Positions 25,387 through 34,900 are shown, numbered from the stretch's first letter. The stretch is 58,783 nt of DNA from Candidatus Saccharimonadota bacterium (GCA_043743105.1 JAYTXD010000011.1:26001-84783); one strand, 5' to 3'. Notes: a model not told the origin generated them from the sequence alone. Numbers and translations are program-made.

Positions 25387-25659
25387 ATGTCACACGTTAA
25401 AGCTGGTGGAACAAGCAAGAACAATCACAACAACGCCGGTCACCGCCTCGGTGTCAAACTCTTTGGTGGCGAAAAAGTCACTGTTGGCCAGGTTATCGTC
25501 CGCCAGGTTGGTATGAGTAAGCGTGGTGGCGAAGGCACAAGCGTCTCACGTAACTACACCATCCACGCGGCCAAAGATGGTGTCGTTAACTACTCCCAGC
25601 GCAAAGTTCGCACCTTCACGGGCAAAAGCGTCTTCCGCACCGAAGTCACTGTCAAATAA
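25387..25659 (+). CDS. rpmA: 50S ribosomal protein L27
   Basis: 90-aa ORF (SHVKAGGTSKNNHNNAGHRLGVKLFGGEKVTVGQVIVRQVG) that matches the L27 consensus. Confidence 0.9.
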   Translation: MSHVKAGGTSKNNHNNAGHRLGVKLFGGEKVTVGQVIVRQVGMSKRGGEGTSVSRNYTIHAAKDGVVNYSQRKVRTFTGKSVFRTEVTVK

Positions 25660-25711
25660 CCACCAGGCCTAAGTATTAAAAACCCGCTCATCGGCAGGTT
25701 TTTAAATGGGA

Positions 25712-27085
25712 TTATCGAGGGATATCTTCTGAAGAAATAATCTTGTTATTTAGAGTGCTAGGAATAATACCGGCACCTTCAATTAACTTCCCAGCTAACT
25801 TAACCTGGCGATAAGCATCACGCTCTTCTTTATTACGGAAATAACCCCAGTATTCTCGTCCGCTTGGTTTTTTATCTAATGTATCGGCAAGTTTACCTAC
25901 AAAGTGTTGAGCAACATCGATAATATATACCTCACCACTGTTTGTATCAACATAACGGCTCCATTCATGGGCACCACGACCCGTATCGCTTTGGTTCACT
26001 TCTGTCGTAAACCGGCCGTTCAACATTCCTCGTTCAAAGGCGTCACCACCCAACCATGAGACTGCAAGCGCCATATGGCGGCATACTCCTTTGCCGGCCA
26101 TTAAATAGTTATTAAGTGCTGCTTTTCTATGTCCATTATTACCACTCGCTACATCTTCAGATTCTGCATTGACAAATGCCATGTCATAGCTCATTGCTTC
26201 GTTTACTGTTTCATAAATTGCGTTTATAATTTCTTCTACGCTCAAACTGGCATTGCGGTTCTTTTGGAATAATCCTATTTTTGCAGCCTTTTCTAACTTA
26301 CTATCTAAAGAAGCACGTAATTCATTAAATTCTTTAGGATATTTTTTGCTATCGACTACGATTGCTTCACCGCCTGCAACCCAACTACGGATATCTACAT
26401 GACCATCGATCGGGAAAGTATCCCGACCAATAGTTGGACGGCCGGCAAACATTTCAGTTTCCTTAGGCCCATCTTTACGGAGAAGGCCTTGTAATCGAGC
26501 TGCATCCTCTGCAGTCATAGTATGGTCGGGACTAAAATCGTAAGACTCTTCTTTAGGCATAACATTTCCTCGATACGCGCTACCGTTCGAAGATGTATCA
26601 TTTATTTCAACTCTTCCTGAGTTGAGCGACAACGAAATATGTTTGCCAGATATTCCTGCGCTAAACGGCTTACCCATAAGGCGGGTACCGTCAGCTGTGT
26701 TTTCTTGCTGGAAGGGTTTGTTACGACCAATTGTAAGCGGTCTACCTACTTCTAACTCTACCCAATGAAATCGTGGCATAATAGTTGCATTTCCGTCTTC
26801 ATCCCAGGTAATACCAGCAACATAAACTCTGTCTTCCTGATTATAAGAGCTTTTGACGATGGCTAATTGAGCCCCCGTGCCCCTATGGTCATACAGTTCA
26901 AGTTCTCCAACGACACTTATACCTTCGAGTGGATTTGGCACAATACCTAGGTCATTATTATCATAGATAGGCGCTTCGGTAGAAATCACTACACCACTGT
27001 CGTGCAAAGGTTCTAGTGATACTTCTGAGCGCTTCGCTTCAGGAAGTTGCAGTTCTGTATATAGTGGGAGAGTTGCTTCTGACAT
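25712..27085 (-). CDS. FHA-domain / transglutaminase-like cysteine protease fusion protein
   Basis: 457-aa ORF. FHA signature: LTIGRN...ISGKHISLSL...EINDTSSNGSAYRGN. C-terminal transglutaminase-core triad: GKGVCRHMALAVSWLG (Cys), GAHEWSRY (His), YIIDVAQ (Asp). Confidence 0.7.
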   Translation of the reverse strand: MSEATLPLYTELQLPEAKRSEVSLEPLHDSGVVISTEAPIYDNNDLGIVPNPLEGISVVGELELYDHRGTGAQLAIVKSSYNQEDRVYVAGITWDEDGNATIMPRFHWVELEVGRPLTIGRNKPFQQENTADGTRLMGKPFSAGISGKHISLSLNSGRVEINDTSSNGSAYRGNVMPKEESYDFSPDHTMTAEDAARLQGLLRKDGPKETEMFAGRPTIGRDTFPIDGHVDIRSWVAGGEAIVVDSKKYPKEFNELRASLDSKLEKAAKIGLFQKNRNASLSVEEIINAIYETVNEAMSYDMAFVNAESEDVASGNNGHRKAALNNYLMAGKGVCRHMALAVSWLGGDAFERGMLNGRFTTEVNQSDTGRGAHEWSRYVDTNSGEVYIIDVAQHFVGKLADTLDKKPSGREYWGYFRNKEERDAYRQVKLAGKLIEGAGIIPSTLNNKIISSEDIPR

Positions 27086-27167
27086 GTTTTTTGTTTCTTA
27101 TTTAACAGATTACATAATAGCATAAGCTTTAATAAATGTCAATAAGGTGTTGCTGATCTATAACAAT

Positions 27168-27187
27168 AACGCCCCTTTTGGAGCGTT
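27168..27187 (-). terminator. Putative intrinsic terminator after the Pro/Gln-rich receiver gene
   Basis: AACGCCCC-TTTT-GGAGCGTT hairpin (one mismatch) flanked by A- and T-rich runs, 26 nt downstream of the stop at 27213. Confidence 0.45.
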
Positions 27188-27212
27188 TTATTGTGCATTG
27201 CTCAGTAAAAAT

Positions 27213-27830
27213 CTAGGAGAGGCCGAGGTGGTGCTTGATTTTGTCGACGACATCGGCAATAACAACCTGTGATTTAACCAAATAGTCGTCGGCTCCGAGA
27301 CTTTCGGCTTTTTCACGGTCGCTGTCTTGGCTAAGTGCAGTAAGCATAATTATCTTAATGTTGGTAGTTTCGGGCGTATTGCGTAAAATATCGAGCACAT
27401 CAAAGCCGTTAACCTGCGGCATCATGGCGTCAAGCAAAATAAGGTCCGGGTGAAATGCTAACGCAGTTGCAAGGGCGTCTTCCCCGTTGGGTACACGTTT
27501 AACGTCAAAACCTTCGGCGTCTAGACGGGTTAAATATACTTCCGCTAGTCCGTCATCATCCTCGACATACAGAATTTTTTTCATTTGACCTGTTGATTCT
27601 TGAGGTGCTATTGGTTGTTCAGGTTCTGTTAGTACTGTTGGCTGTGGCTCTTGAACTGGTTCAGCAATCTGGGCTGGTTCTGTTTGTACTGGATCGATTG
27701 GTACTACTAGATCTGCTGGTGCCGATGGCTGCTGTACTAGTTCTGTTGGCGTTGTTAATACAATTGGTACTACTGGCGCCATTGACTCTACAGGTTCTAC
27801 TGGTGCTGCTGAGGTTGAATTATTATCCAT
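27213..27830 (-). CDS. Stand-alone response-regulator receiver with Pro/Gln/Glu/Val-rich N-terminal extension
   Basis: 205-aa ORF with canonical receiver residues (YVEDDD, LILLDAMMP, IIMLTA, YLVKS). It is preceded by about 85 aa of low complexity and has no output domain. Confidence 0.8.
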   Translation of the reverse strand: MDNNSTSAAPVEPVESMAPVVPIVLTTPTELVQQPSAPADLVVPIDPVQTEPAQIAEPVQEPQPTVLTEPEQPIAPQESTGQMKKILYVEDDDGLAEVYLTRLDAEGFDVKRVPNGEDALATALAFHPDLILLDAMMPQVNGFDVLDILRNTPETTNIKIIMLTALSQDSDREKAESLGADDYLVKSQVVIADVVDKIKHHLGLS

Positions 27831-27872
27831 AAAGCTAATGCTAGCACATCACATCGCCAGCGCCTAACAAGT

Positions 27873-27957
27873 TTATGGCCAGCTTATTGTCGACAAGGGC
27901 TATATAGCCATCCAGAAATCAAAACCTGTCTTTTTGACCGCGCCTGACTGGCCATAG
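27873..27957. repeat. Repeat family 2, partial copy in inverse orientation
   Basis: 27917-27955 is the reverse complement of the core TATGGCCAGTCAGGCGCGGTCAAAAAGACATGTTTTGATTT with one mismatch. It has its own 9-bp inverted repeat TATGGCCAG / CTGGCCATA. Confidence 0.7.
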
Positions 27958-28021
27958 GTAATGGTACGGTGCAGCCAAGCCCAGAGGCATCCGCCCCGAA
28001 TGTGCCTTTGGCTGAGTGCGG

Positions 28022-29623
28022 CTATTTGACGAGGTGAGCTATAAAGCCATTAAACATAGGATGTGGTCTATTTGGGCGACTCTTGAATTCGGGATGAAAC
28101 TGGCTGGCAATAAAAAATGGATGGTTGATGCCTTCTATCATTTCTACGAGGTGATTATCTGGAGATGTACCGCTAGCACGAATGCCCCAAGCTTCGTACT
28201 GGTCGCGGTAGTCGTTGTTGCATTCGTAGCGGTGACGGTGACGCTCAACAATAATGTCGGATTTGTATAGTTTGTGCGCTAAGCTACCTAAGATAACTTT
28301 ACAATCATAGTTACCGAGACGCATCGTTCCACCAGTGTTTTCTTTGCCCTCTTGCCCTTGAATGGTCGTAATCACAAGATCCTTGGCTTGAGGGTTAAGT
28401 TCTTTGGTAGAAGCATCGCTAAGACCTGCGTTACGAGCAGCTGCAACGACAGCCATCTGAAGCCCCAGACATAAACCAAGGTATGGAACGTTGTGTTTAA
28501 GCGCATACTGCGCGGCTTTAATTTTGCCCTCAAGCGCGCGCGTGCCAAAACCACCAGGCACAACAATACCGTCGCAACTACTCAAAATTTCGCTGACATT
28601 GCTTTCGGCATTCTCAAGTTTTTCGGCGTCAATCCATCTAAGGGTGATAGCTGTGTCGTTCCAAAGTGCGGCTGATTTAAGAGCCTCAAACACCGACATA
28701 TAGGTATCCTGGTTGTCCATGTACTTGGCAACAATACCCACCGTTACGGTGCGATCGTGCTTAGTTTGGGCCCGTTTGACTACTTCGCGCCAGGCTTTGA
28801 GGTCGGGCTTTTTGACCTTGAGGTCGAGCTGTTCGGTAATAATATCGGCGATTTCGGTATCTTCGAGTGTGAGTGGAACTTCATAAATACTTGAGGCGTT
28901 AGGCAGCATAGCAATAGCCCTTGGTGGTACGCCACAAAACAAGCTCAGTTTTTCGCGGATGCTTTCGACGGGCATTTCTTCACTTCTGGCTACCAAAATA
29001 TCGGGTGCGATGCCAAGACCACGTAGTTCGCGCACGGAGTTTTGGGCTGGTTTGGTCTTAGTTTCTTTACTTGTACCAAGAAACGGCAAATATACTAGGT
29101 GTACGTACAGGCAGTTTTCACGGCCTACTTTGATACCTAGTTCGCGGATGGCTTCAATGAAGCTAAGTGATTCGTAGTCGCCGACCGTGCCGCCGATTTC
29201 GACGATGTGGACGTCAAAGCCTTTGCCTGCTTCAATGATATAGTCTTGGATAGCAGCCGTGAGGTGCGGGATAATCTGGACGTCTTCGCCTTTATACAAA
29301 CCTGCGCGTTCGTCTTGGATTACTTTCAAAAGCACACGGCCACTCATCAGGCTGCTAGATTGTGTCAGTTCTTGGTCTAAAAATCGCTCGTAATGCCCAA
29401 GGTCGAGGTCGGTTTCGGCCCCGTCTTTGGTTACAAAACACTCGCCGTGCTCACGCGGATTAAGGGTACCAGCATCAACATTAAGATATGGGTCACACTT
29501 TTGGAGGTTAACGTTTAAACCTCGAGCTTTTAGAATATTACCGATAGAGGCGGCAGTGATGCCCTTTCCTAATCCGGAAAGCACACCACCTGTTACAAAC
29601 ACGAACTTAGTCGGTCGCTTCAT
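28022..29623 (-). CDS. pyrG: CTP synthase
   Basis: 533-aa ORF with the N-terminus KFVFVTGGVLSGLGKGITAASIG and the glutaminase domain GLCLGLQ...HRHRYE typical of PyrG. Confidence 0.95.
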   Translation of the reverse strand: MKRPTKFVFVTGGVLSGLGKGITAASIGNILKARGLNVNLQKCDPYLNVDAGTLNPREHGECFVTKDGAETDLDLGHYERFLDQELTQSSSLMSGRVLLKVIQDERAGLYKGEDVQIIPHLTAAIQDYIIEAGKGFDVHIVEIGGTVGDYESLSFIEAIRELGIKVGRENCLYVHLVYLPFLGTSKETKTKPAQNSVRELRGLGIAPDILVARSEEMPVESIREKLSLFCGVPPRAIAMLPNASSIYEVPLTLEDTEIADIITEQLDLKVKKPDLKAWREVVKRAQTKHDRTVTVGIVAKYMDNQDTYMSVFEALKSAALWNDTAITLRWIDAEKLENAESNVSEILSSCDGIVVPGGFGTRALEGKIKAAQYALKHNVPYLGLCLGLQMAVVAAARNAGLSDASTKELNPQAKDLVITTIQGQEGKENTGGTMRLGNYDCKVILGSLAHKLYKSDIIVERHRHRYECNNDYRDQYEAWGIRASGTSPDNHLVEMIEGINHPFFIASQFHPEFKSRPNRPHPMFNGFIAHLVK

Positions 29624-29706
29624 CCTTGGCCGTATTACCTCTCACATTAAACTTATGCTACCGATAGTACCACGCGCCGCTAGACAAGAGCAAGCACAAC
29701 ACAAAA

Positions 29707-30933
29707 CTATTTTTTAAGTTTTGCAAATGCAGCTTCTAGCTGTGGGTCACGGCTGGCTTTAATATCTTCGTCGGTTATTTTTACTTCTTGGTCTGGCTTA
29801 ATACCTTCTTTGTCGATGTTTTTGCCAGCGGGCGTGAACCAGCGTGCAATAGTAACTTTGAGCAAGCTGCCATCCTTGAGATCAATTGGTTGTTGCACGC
29901 TACCTTTGCCGTAGCTTTTGAGGCCCATGAGTATTGCAACTTTATTGTCATGCAATGCGCCGGCCGTTATCTCTGATGCGCTAGCACTACCACTGTCAAT
30001 AAGTGCCACTGTTGGCAAGCCAGCCAGGGTTGCTTCACCCTTTGAACTATAGGTTTGAATGATTTTACCGTCTCGGCGCTCGGTGAGTACTGTTTTGTTT
30101 TTTAGCCACAAACTCGATACACTCACAGCCGCATCAAGCAGACCGCCCGGGTTGCCCCGCATGTCAAGCACGACTCCAACTACATTCTTGGACTTAAAGT
30201 CTGTTGCAGCAGCTTGTGTAAGGCTAGTGGTGTCTTCGCCAAAGCGGCTAATGGTAAGGATACCGATGCCGTCTTTGACTTCACTTTTCACACTTGGAAC
30301 TTTAATCGCTTCTCGGGTCACGTTAATTTCGAGTGGCGCATCATCACGAACAACTGTAAGCTTTACGGTCGTCCCAGCTTTGCCTCTAATGACCTTGACG
30401 GCATCGTTTATAGTAAAGCCGCTGGTACTTTTGCCATCTATGGACGCAATTATATCTTTTGCTTTAAGTCCGGCTTTTTCGGCTGGGTAGCCTGCTAATG
30501 GAGAGATAATCTGAATGCTGCCATTAGCATCCTTGCCTAACTCAGCTCCAATGCCTTCAAAGGTTCCGTCAAGTTGACCGTAAAAATCCTTGGCATCATT
30601 AGGGCTAAAGTATTCGGTGTACGGGTCGCCTGCGGCGTTTGCAAGGCCCGTTTTCATTCCATCCAAAAGCTTTGCTTCATCTATTTTGCCATCAAAATTG
30701 TCTTTTATTGACTGGTAAATAATATCCACAGAAGCATAATCTAGTCTAGGGGAGAGCTTCTTATTTTCTGAAGTTACACTATATCGACGCAGGTTTAGTT
30801 TGCCTCCACCAACTGCCCAACCAGCAGAAAATACTACCAATACACTAACAAGTATTGGTACGACTTTCTTGACTGCAGTCATTACACTTTTTTTTGACAC
30901 AACATCAGCATCTTTTGGTTTCACGTATGGCAT
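29707..30933 (-). CDS. ctp: Carboxy-terminal processing protease (S41 family, PDZ-containing)
   Basis: 408-aa ORF with an N-terminal TM, a PDZ domain (GYPAEKAGLKAKDII), MRGNPGGLL, the Ser context DSGSASASEI and the Lys context SYGKGSVQ. Confidence 0.85.
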   Translation of the reverse strand: MPYVKPKDADVVSKKSVMTAVKKVVPILVSVLVVFSAGWAVGGGKLNLRRYSVTSENKKLSPRLDYASVDIIYQSIKDNFDGKIDEAKLLDGMKTGLANAAGDPYTEYFSPNDAKDFYGQLDGTFEGIGAELGKDANGSIQIISPLAGYPAEKAGLKAKDIIASIDGKSTSGFTINDAVKVIRGKAGTTVKLTVVRDDAPLEINVTREAIKVPSVKSEVKDGIGILTISRFGEDTTSLTQAAATDFKSKNVVGVVLDMRGNPGGLLDAAVSVSSLWLKNKTVLTERRDGKIIQTYSSKGEATLAGLPTVALIDSGSASASEITAGALHDNKVAILMGLKSYGKGSVQQPIDLKDGSLLKVTIARWFTPAGKNIDKEGIKPDQEVKITDEDIKASRDPQLEAAFAKLKK

Positions 30934-31011
30934 TCCTCTTATGTAGTAGGTCTATTGTAGCACGGCAAATTAATTCATAACCTGAGAGCTTTTTAACAGT
31001 ATATTAGTTAG

Positions 31012-32241
31012 CTAATTAAAGTGGATAAACTCAACGCCTGAGGTTATAAACAAATCCATTTCACTATAATAGCCACCAATCGGCATATTCATTTGGCTTA
31101 TATGTATTGTACCGTCACTATTAACATTTTCCACAATTCCAACATGACCTGGATACCCAAATGGCATATAGACTACATCCCCGTGTTGAGGGTTATTAGT
31201 AATATAGCCATACGAACCATCAGGATGGTTTTTTGCATTTTGTGGCCATTGATTTGCATTCCCTTTGCCAGACACATTTGGTACTTGTTTACCTTCTCGA
31301 GATAAGTAATCGGCAATGTAGTGTACGCATTCACGAGCATATTCAAGCCCCCAACTGTCGAGAGTGCTTTGCAAATATTGATCATAACCGGCCCAACAAT
31401 AGCTATAACCACCACCACAATTCATACCCCCTGTAAAGTTTTTGTACTTTACTGGCGATCCAGTCTGACTTTGACCATTAGACCCTATGACTGCGGCTTG
31501 AGCTGCGGCTTGAGCTGCCCTTAATTGAGCTAAACTCGATGCATTTGACTTAATTTGGCTATCTATTGCTGATTGCTGATCTTGATTAGCATTTAACAAT
31601 CTATCTTGCTCATATTTTTGGCTATTCAGCTGATTCTGAAGTATAGTCTGCTGATCGATTAACTCATTTAATTTAGTTTGCTGATCTTTGAGCTGTACTT
31701 TAAGTGCAGTTACTGTATCGAGGGTGTTTTTTATCTTGTCCTTAACTGTATTGCGATACTGTTGCTTATCAAAGTAAGCACTCAGGTCCTTACTGGTTGC
31801 CAGCATTTCTATAGTACTAATATCACCTTCTAAATACATCTGCTTGATGTTTTCGCCGAGTACTTGTTTTTGCTGATCTAATTTTGTCTGAGCGGCAATG
31901 ATTTGCGTCTGTAAGTCTGCACTTTTAGACTTATTACTGTCGATCTGAGTCTGAGAATCATTTATCTGGGTTTGTAAATTGCTAATAACTGTTTGTAAAC
32001 TATCTGCCTGTGACTGTAGTACTTTTTTCTCGCCTTGTTTTTGGTTATTATCTGATTGAATCTGGTTGATTTTATCTTGGTAAGTGTCTGCACGCGCAAT
32101 TGGAATAGATACGGCCGTGCCTAATATTAGCATGGCTGAGGCAACCAAGGCTGTATGTCTTGTGAATTTTTGAGCTAAATTAATTTTGGATTTTGGATTT
32201 CGCATGTTTTTATTGGTCCTGCGACGATTTAATAATACCAC
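31012..32241 (-). CDS. PcsB-like peptidoglycan hydrolase: coiled-coil domain + C-terminal CHAP domain
   Basis: 409-aa ORF with a GTG start 5 nt after AGGAG, a signal/TM segment and a long Gln-rich coiled coil. CHAP motifs: ARECVHYIADYL (Cys) and YPGHVGIVENV (His). It is adjacent to ftsEX. Confidence 0.75.
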   Translation of the reverse strand: MVLLNRRRTNKNMRNPKSKINLAQKFTRHTALVASAMLILGTAVSIPIARADTYQDKINQIQSDNNQKQGEKKVLQSQADSLQTVISNLQTQINDSQTQIDSNKSKSADLQTQIIAAQTKLDQQKQVLGENIKQMYLEGDISTIEMLATSKDLSAYFDKQQYRNTVKDKIKNTLDTVTALKVQLKDQQTKLNELIDQQTILQNQLNSQKYEQDRLLNANQDQQSAIDSQIKSNASSLAQLRAAQAAAQAAVIGSNGQSQTGSPVKYKNFTGGMNCGGGYSYCWAGYDQYLQSTLDSWGLEYARECVHYIADYLSREGKQVPNVSGKGNANQWPQNAKNHPDGSYGYITNNPQHGDVVYMPFGYPGHVGIVENVNSDGTIHISQMNMPIGGYYSEMDLFITSGVEFIHFN

Positions 32242-32347
32242 TAAATCTCCTGTATGGTAAGGCGCTTATGATTATCTTACCGGACTATTAACTATACCAT
32301 AGCCTTCCCATTATAACTTGAGGAAAAAGTGTCTATGAAGAAACCGT

Positions 32348-33292
32348 TCACGCGCCATGCTTAATGCGGAGGTAGCGCTGAGTGGCCACAAATGATGAGC
32401 CAACACCGATAAGTATACCTATTCCAAGTTGTGCACCAACAATCGTCCAAAAATGAGCGGCAAAATAAGTGCTAGAATACGTGATATCAAGCAGTCCAAA
32501 ACTACTGGCATTAAGCGTACTACTAGCGACCGAAAATACGGCGTTACAAAGTACAACCGATATAACAGCCGAAGACACACCAATCAGAAAACTCTCGACC
32601 AAAAATGGCCCACGAATATACCACCTGCCTGCACCAAGTAAGCGCATAATGCTGAGTTCGTCACGACGGTTAAAAATAGCCATTTGTATTGTGTTAAAAA
32701 TAATTAGCACAGAAATAAACGCAAAAACAATAACACCTACTATACCCGCCTTACGGATAAAACTAGTAGCCTTAGCTATCTTATCGATAGCTTCTTTACG
32801 GTCACCCGAATACGACGTTTCGTCAGATTGCAATGCTTTGATGGAAGGTTTCTCTAAATACGATTTGATACTTTCGATATGGTCTGGGTCTCGTAACTTA
32901 ACCTGTAAACTAGCCGGTAGCGGGTTATCGGTCTGTGAAATAGCAAGCTGAAGGTCGATGTTATCTTTGTTGGCAGCAATATAATCCTTTAATGCTTGTT
33001 GCTTGGTGGTGTAGTTTATTGCTTTGACGTTGTTAATTTTTTTGAGATCTTTAATTATGCCTTCACGCTCTGCATTAGTAATGTTGTCTTTGAGGTACAC
33101 GGAAATATCTATTTTGTCGCGGATAGCCTGGACAGTGTAGCTGAATGTTGCATTGGCAATGACCGAAAACAAGACGATTGTAAGTGTAATTATCATCACT
33201 GCCATAGCGGCTGCACTCAACCATGCGTTACGGACAAAGTTATTTGTGCCGCCGAGTATAATACGCCAAAAAGTTGTGAGCTTGCGGTTCAT
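32348..33292 (-). CDS. ftsX: Cell division permease-like protein FtsX
   Basis: 314-aa ORF with four TMs and a large first extracytoplasmic loop. It overlaps the ftsE stop by 4 nt. Confidence 0.85.
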   Translation of the reverse strand: MNRKLTTFWRIILGGTNNFVRNAWLSAAAMAVMIITLTIVLFSVIANATFSYTVQAIRDKIDISVYLKDNITNAEREGIIKDLKKINNVKAINYTTKQQALKDYIAANKDNIDLQLAISQTDNPLPASLQVKLRDPDHIESIKSYLEKPSIKALQSDETSYSGDRKEAIDKIAKATSFIRKAGIVGVIVFAFISVLIIFNTIQMAIFNRRDELSIMRLLGAGRWYIRGPFLVESFLIGVSSAVISVVLCNAVFSVASSTLNASSFGLLDITYSSTYFAAHFWTIVGAQLGIGILIGVGSSFVATQRYLRIKHGA

Positions 33293-33975
33293 GCCTTGTA
33301 GGTTCCCCCTGAATGGTCACTAGTAACCTTGCCACCATCAATAGTTATAACGCGGCGTTTGAGCTTGTTTACAATATCCTGGTTATGGGTTGTGAGCAAA
33401 ACTGTAGTGCCAAAACGGTTAATTTTTTCGAGTACACGGATGACGTCCCAGGCATGCTTAGGGTCAAGGTTTCCGGTAGGCTCATCGGCTATCAGGATTT
33501 TTGGCTGCCGCACAATTGCCCTAGCAATTGCTACACGTTGGCGTTCGCCACCCGATAGTTCTAAAGGCATACTTTTTTCTTTGCCTTTAAGCCCAACAAT
33601 GTCTAGTACTCGTGGTACGGTATGACGAATTTCCTTAGTAGAAATACCAATAATTTCTAGAGCAAACGCTACGTTTTCGAAGACAGTTTTATTGGGTAGT
33701 AACTTAAAATCTTGAAACACCACACCAATACGGCGGCGTAACCGCGGTACATCCTTATCTTTAAGATGTTCATAGTCAATGCCGCCAACTATAATCTTGC
33801 CGCTAGTTGGTTTTTCTTCGCGGGTCAATAGCTTTAAGAGCGTCGACTTCCCTGCTCCACTTGGCCCAACGATAATCACAAATTCTTTTGGTTCGATATG
33901 TAGCGAAATACGCTCCAGTGCAGTGGAATCACTTTTTTTGCTATAACTCTTGCTAACTCGGTCTAGTAATATCAT
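33289..33975 (-). CDS. ftsE: Cell division ATP-binding protein FtsE
   Basis: 228-aa ORF with Walker A GPSGAGKST, signature LSGGERQR and Walker B ILIADEPT. TATACT lies 8 nt upstream of the ATG. Confidence 0.9.
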   Translation of the reverse strand: MILLDRVSKSYSKKSDSTALERISLHIEPKEFVIIVGPSGAGKSTLLKLLTREEKPTSGKIIVGGIDYEHLKDKDVPRLRRRIGVVFQDFKLLPNKTVFENVAFALEIIGISTKEIRHTVPRVLDIVGLKGKEKSMPLELSGGERQRVAIARAIVRQPKILIADEPTGNLDPKHAWDVIRVLEKINRFGTTVLLTTHNQDIVNKLKRRVITIDGGKVTSDHSGGTYKA

Positions 33976-33983
33976 CAGACTCT

Positions 33984-33989
33984 AGTATA
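33984..33989 (-). promoter_or_regulatory. -10 box TATACT 8 nt upstream of the ftsE ATG (leaderless-type)
   Basis: The minus strand reads TATACT-AGAGTCTG-ATG. Confidence 0.45.
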
Positions 33990-34015
33990 GCAAACCGCTC
34001 ACGCTCATCCCACCG

Positions 34016-34900
34016 CTAAAAGCCACGAAAGCGTAATAATCGTTTTTTTAAGCGGATATGACGAACTGTTTGGAATGCTGCTGAGGCGATCAAAAGTCCT
34101 CCAATGATTGAACTAGCCACTACTGTTGTACGTTGATTAAGACGCACCCACCTACGCATAGGTGACAAGGCACTAACGGGGTTTTCGACCGTCATATTTG
34201 TAGCCTCGTTCAATATGCGGCCTGCAGTTGTAGTGATTTGCATAACAACTAGATGCGGGCCATTACTAAGAAGCGTCGTATCAAGCGCAAAATTGGTAGT
34301 TGTTGGAAGCAATTTGCCATCAACATTGTAGATAACCTGCGCTATTATTCCAGGGTTGCGAGCAATTGTTTGGCTTGGAATAATAAGTCCACTAATCGGA
34401 CCTGCGCTTGGTGATGGTACCTGGGTCGCACCCGTAGTCTCAATTGCACTCGTAGGCACGCTATCGGATTGACAGTTGTTGCCGTCGGCTATAGGGACGC
34501 AGTCGGTTTTTACTAGTAACAAACGATCTATTCTAACGCCAGCACTACTACCAATGAGTTTTGCAGCGTTATTAGTGGTACGCTCAAAATCGTAGCTAAC
34601 TCTAGAGCTTAAATCACCGTCCTGAAACGACACCCAGGTCCATTGATCAGGCGATATGCTGCTGCCACCTATTACATAGCAGCGTTGGCCATTTATTTCG
34701 AGCTGATATTGGTTATGCGTTGTGTCTGGTACCTGCATGCGTGTCCAAATTGTGTATGTACCACTGCTGGATAATGCGGTAATTTTGACTGATATAGCAC
34801 CATACTGCGATACGTTATTGCAGGCCGCCTGTACCGAATGTTTGTTGGAAATTACCATCATTACACAGAGAATACTTAAGAAAATCGTGCGTTTTTTCAT
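34016..34900 (-). CDS. Cell-surface protein: signal peptide, CBM-like beta-sandwich, Ig-like region, C-terminal TM anchor
   Basis: 294-aa ORF with the signal peptide MKKRTIFLSILCVMMVISNKHSVQA, a YTIWTRMQVP...WTWVSF pattern like carbohydrate-binding modules, and a C-terminal TM followed by a basic tail. Confidence 0.45.
   Translation of the reverse strand: MKKRTIFLSILCVMMVISNKHSVQAACNNVSQYGAISVKITALSSSGTYTIWTRMQVPDTTHNQYQLEINGQRCYVIGGSSISPDQWTWVSFQDGDLSSRVSYDFERTTNNAAKLIGSSAGVRIDRLLLVKTDCVPIADGNNCQSDSVPTSAIETTGATQVPSPSAGPISGLIIPSQTIARNPGIIAQVIYNVDGKLLPTTTNFALDTTLLSNGPHLVVMQITTTAGRILNEATNMTVENPVSALSPMRRWVRLNQRTTVVASSIIGGLLIASAAFQTVRHIRLKKRLLRFRGF

Noticed and set aside
25678-25703. Bidirectional terminator between rpmA and the FHA-transglutaminase gene
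   Set aside because: The stem (AAAAACC...GGTTTTT with a 2-bp inner CG pair and a 3-nt bulge) is almost entirely A:T and weak. It is too uncertain to call as a feature.
27593-27832. 79-aa Leu/Val-rich plus-strand ORF
   Set aside because: It is the mirror image of the Pro/Gln/Glu-rich low-complexity N-terminus of the receiver gene, not an independent gene.
31489-31515. Tandem 12-bp repeat CTGCGGCTTGAG x2 inside the PcsB-like gene (and ATTGTCACT x2 at about 44772-44790)
   Set aside because: These are in-frame short duplications encoding AAQAAAQAA and SDNSDN low complexity. This is ordinary slippage-type variation with no evidence of phase-variable function.
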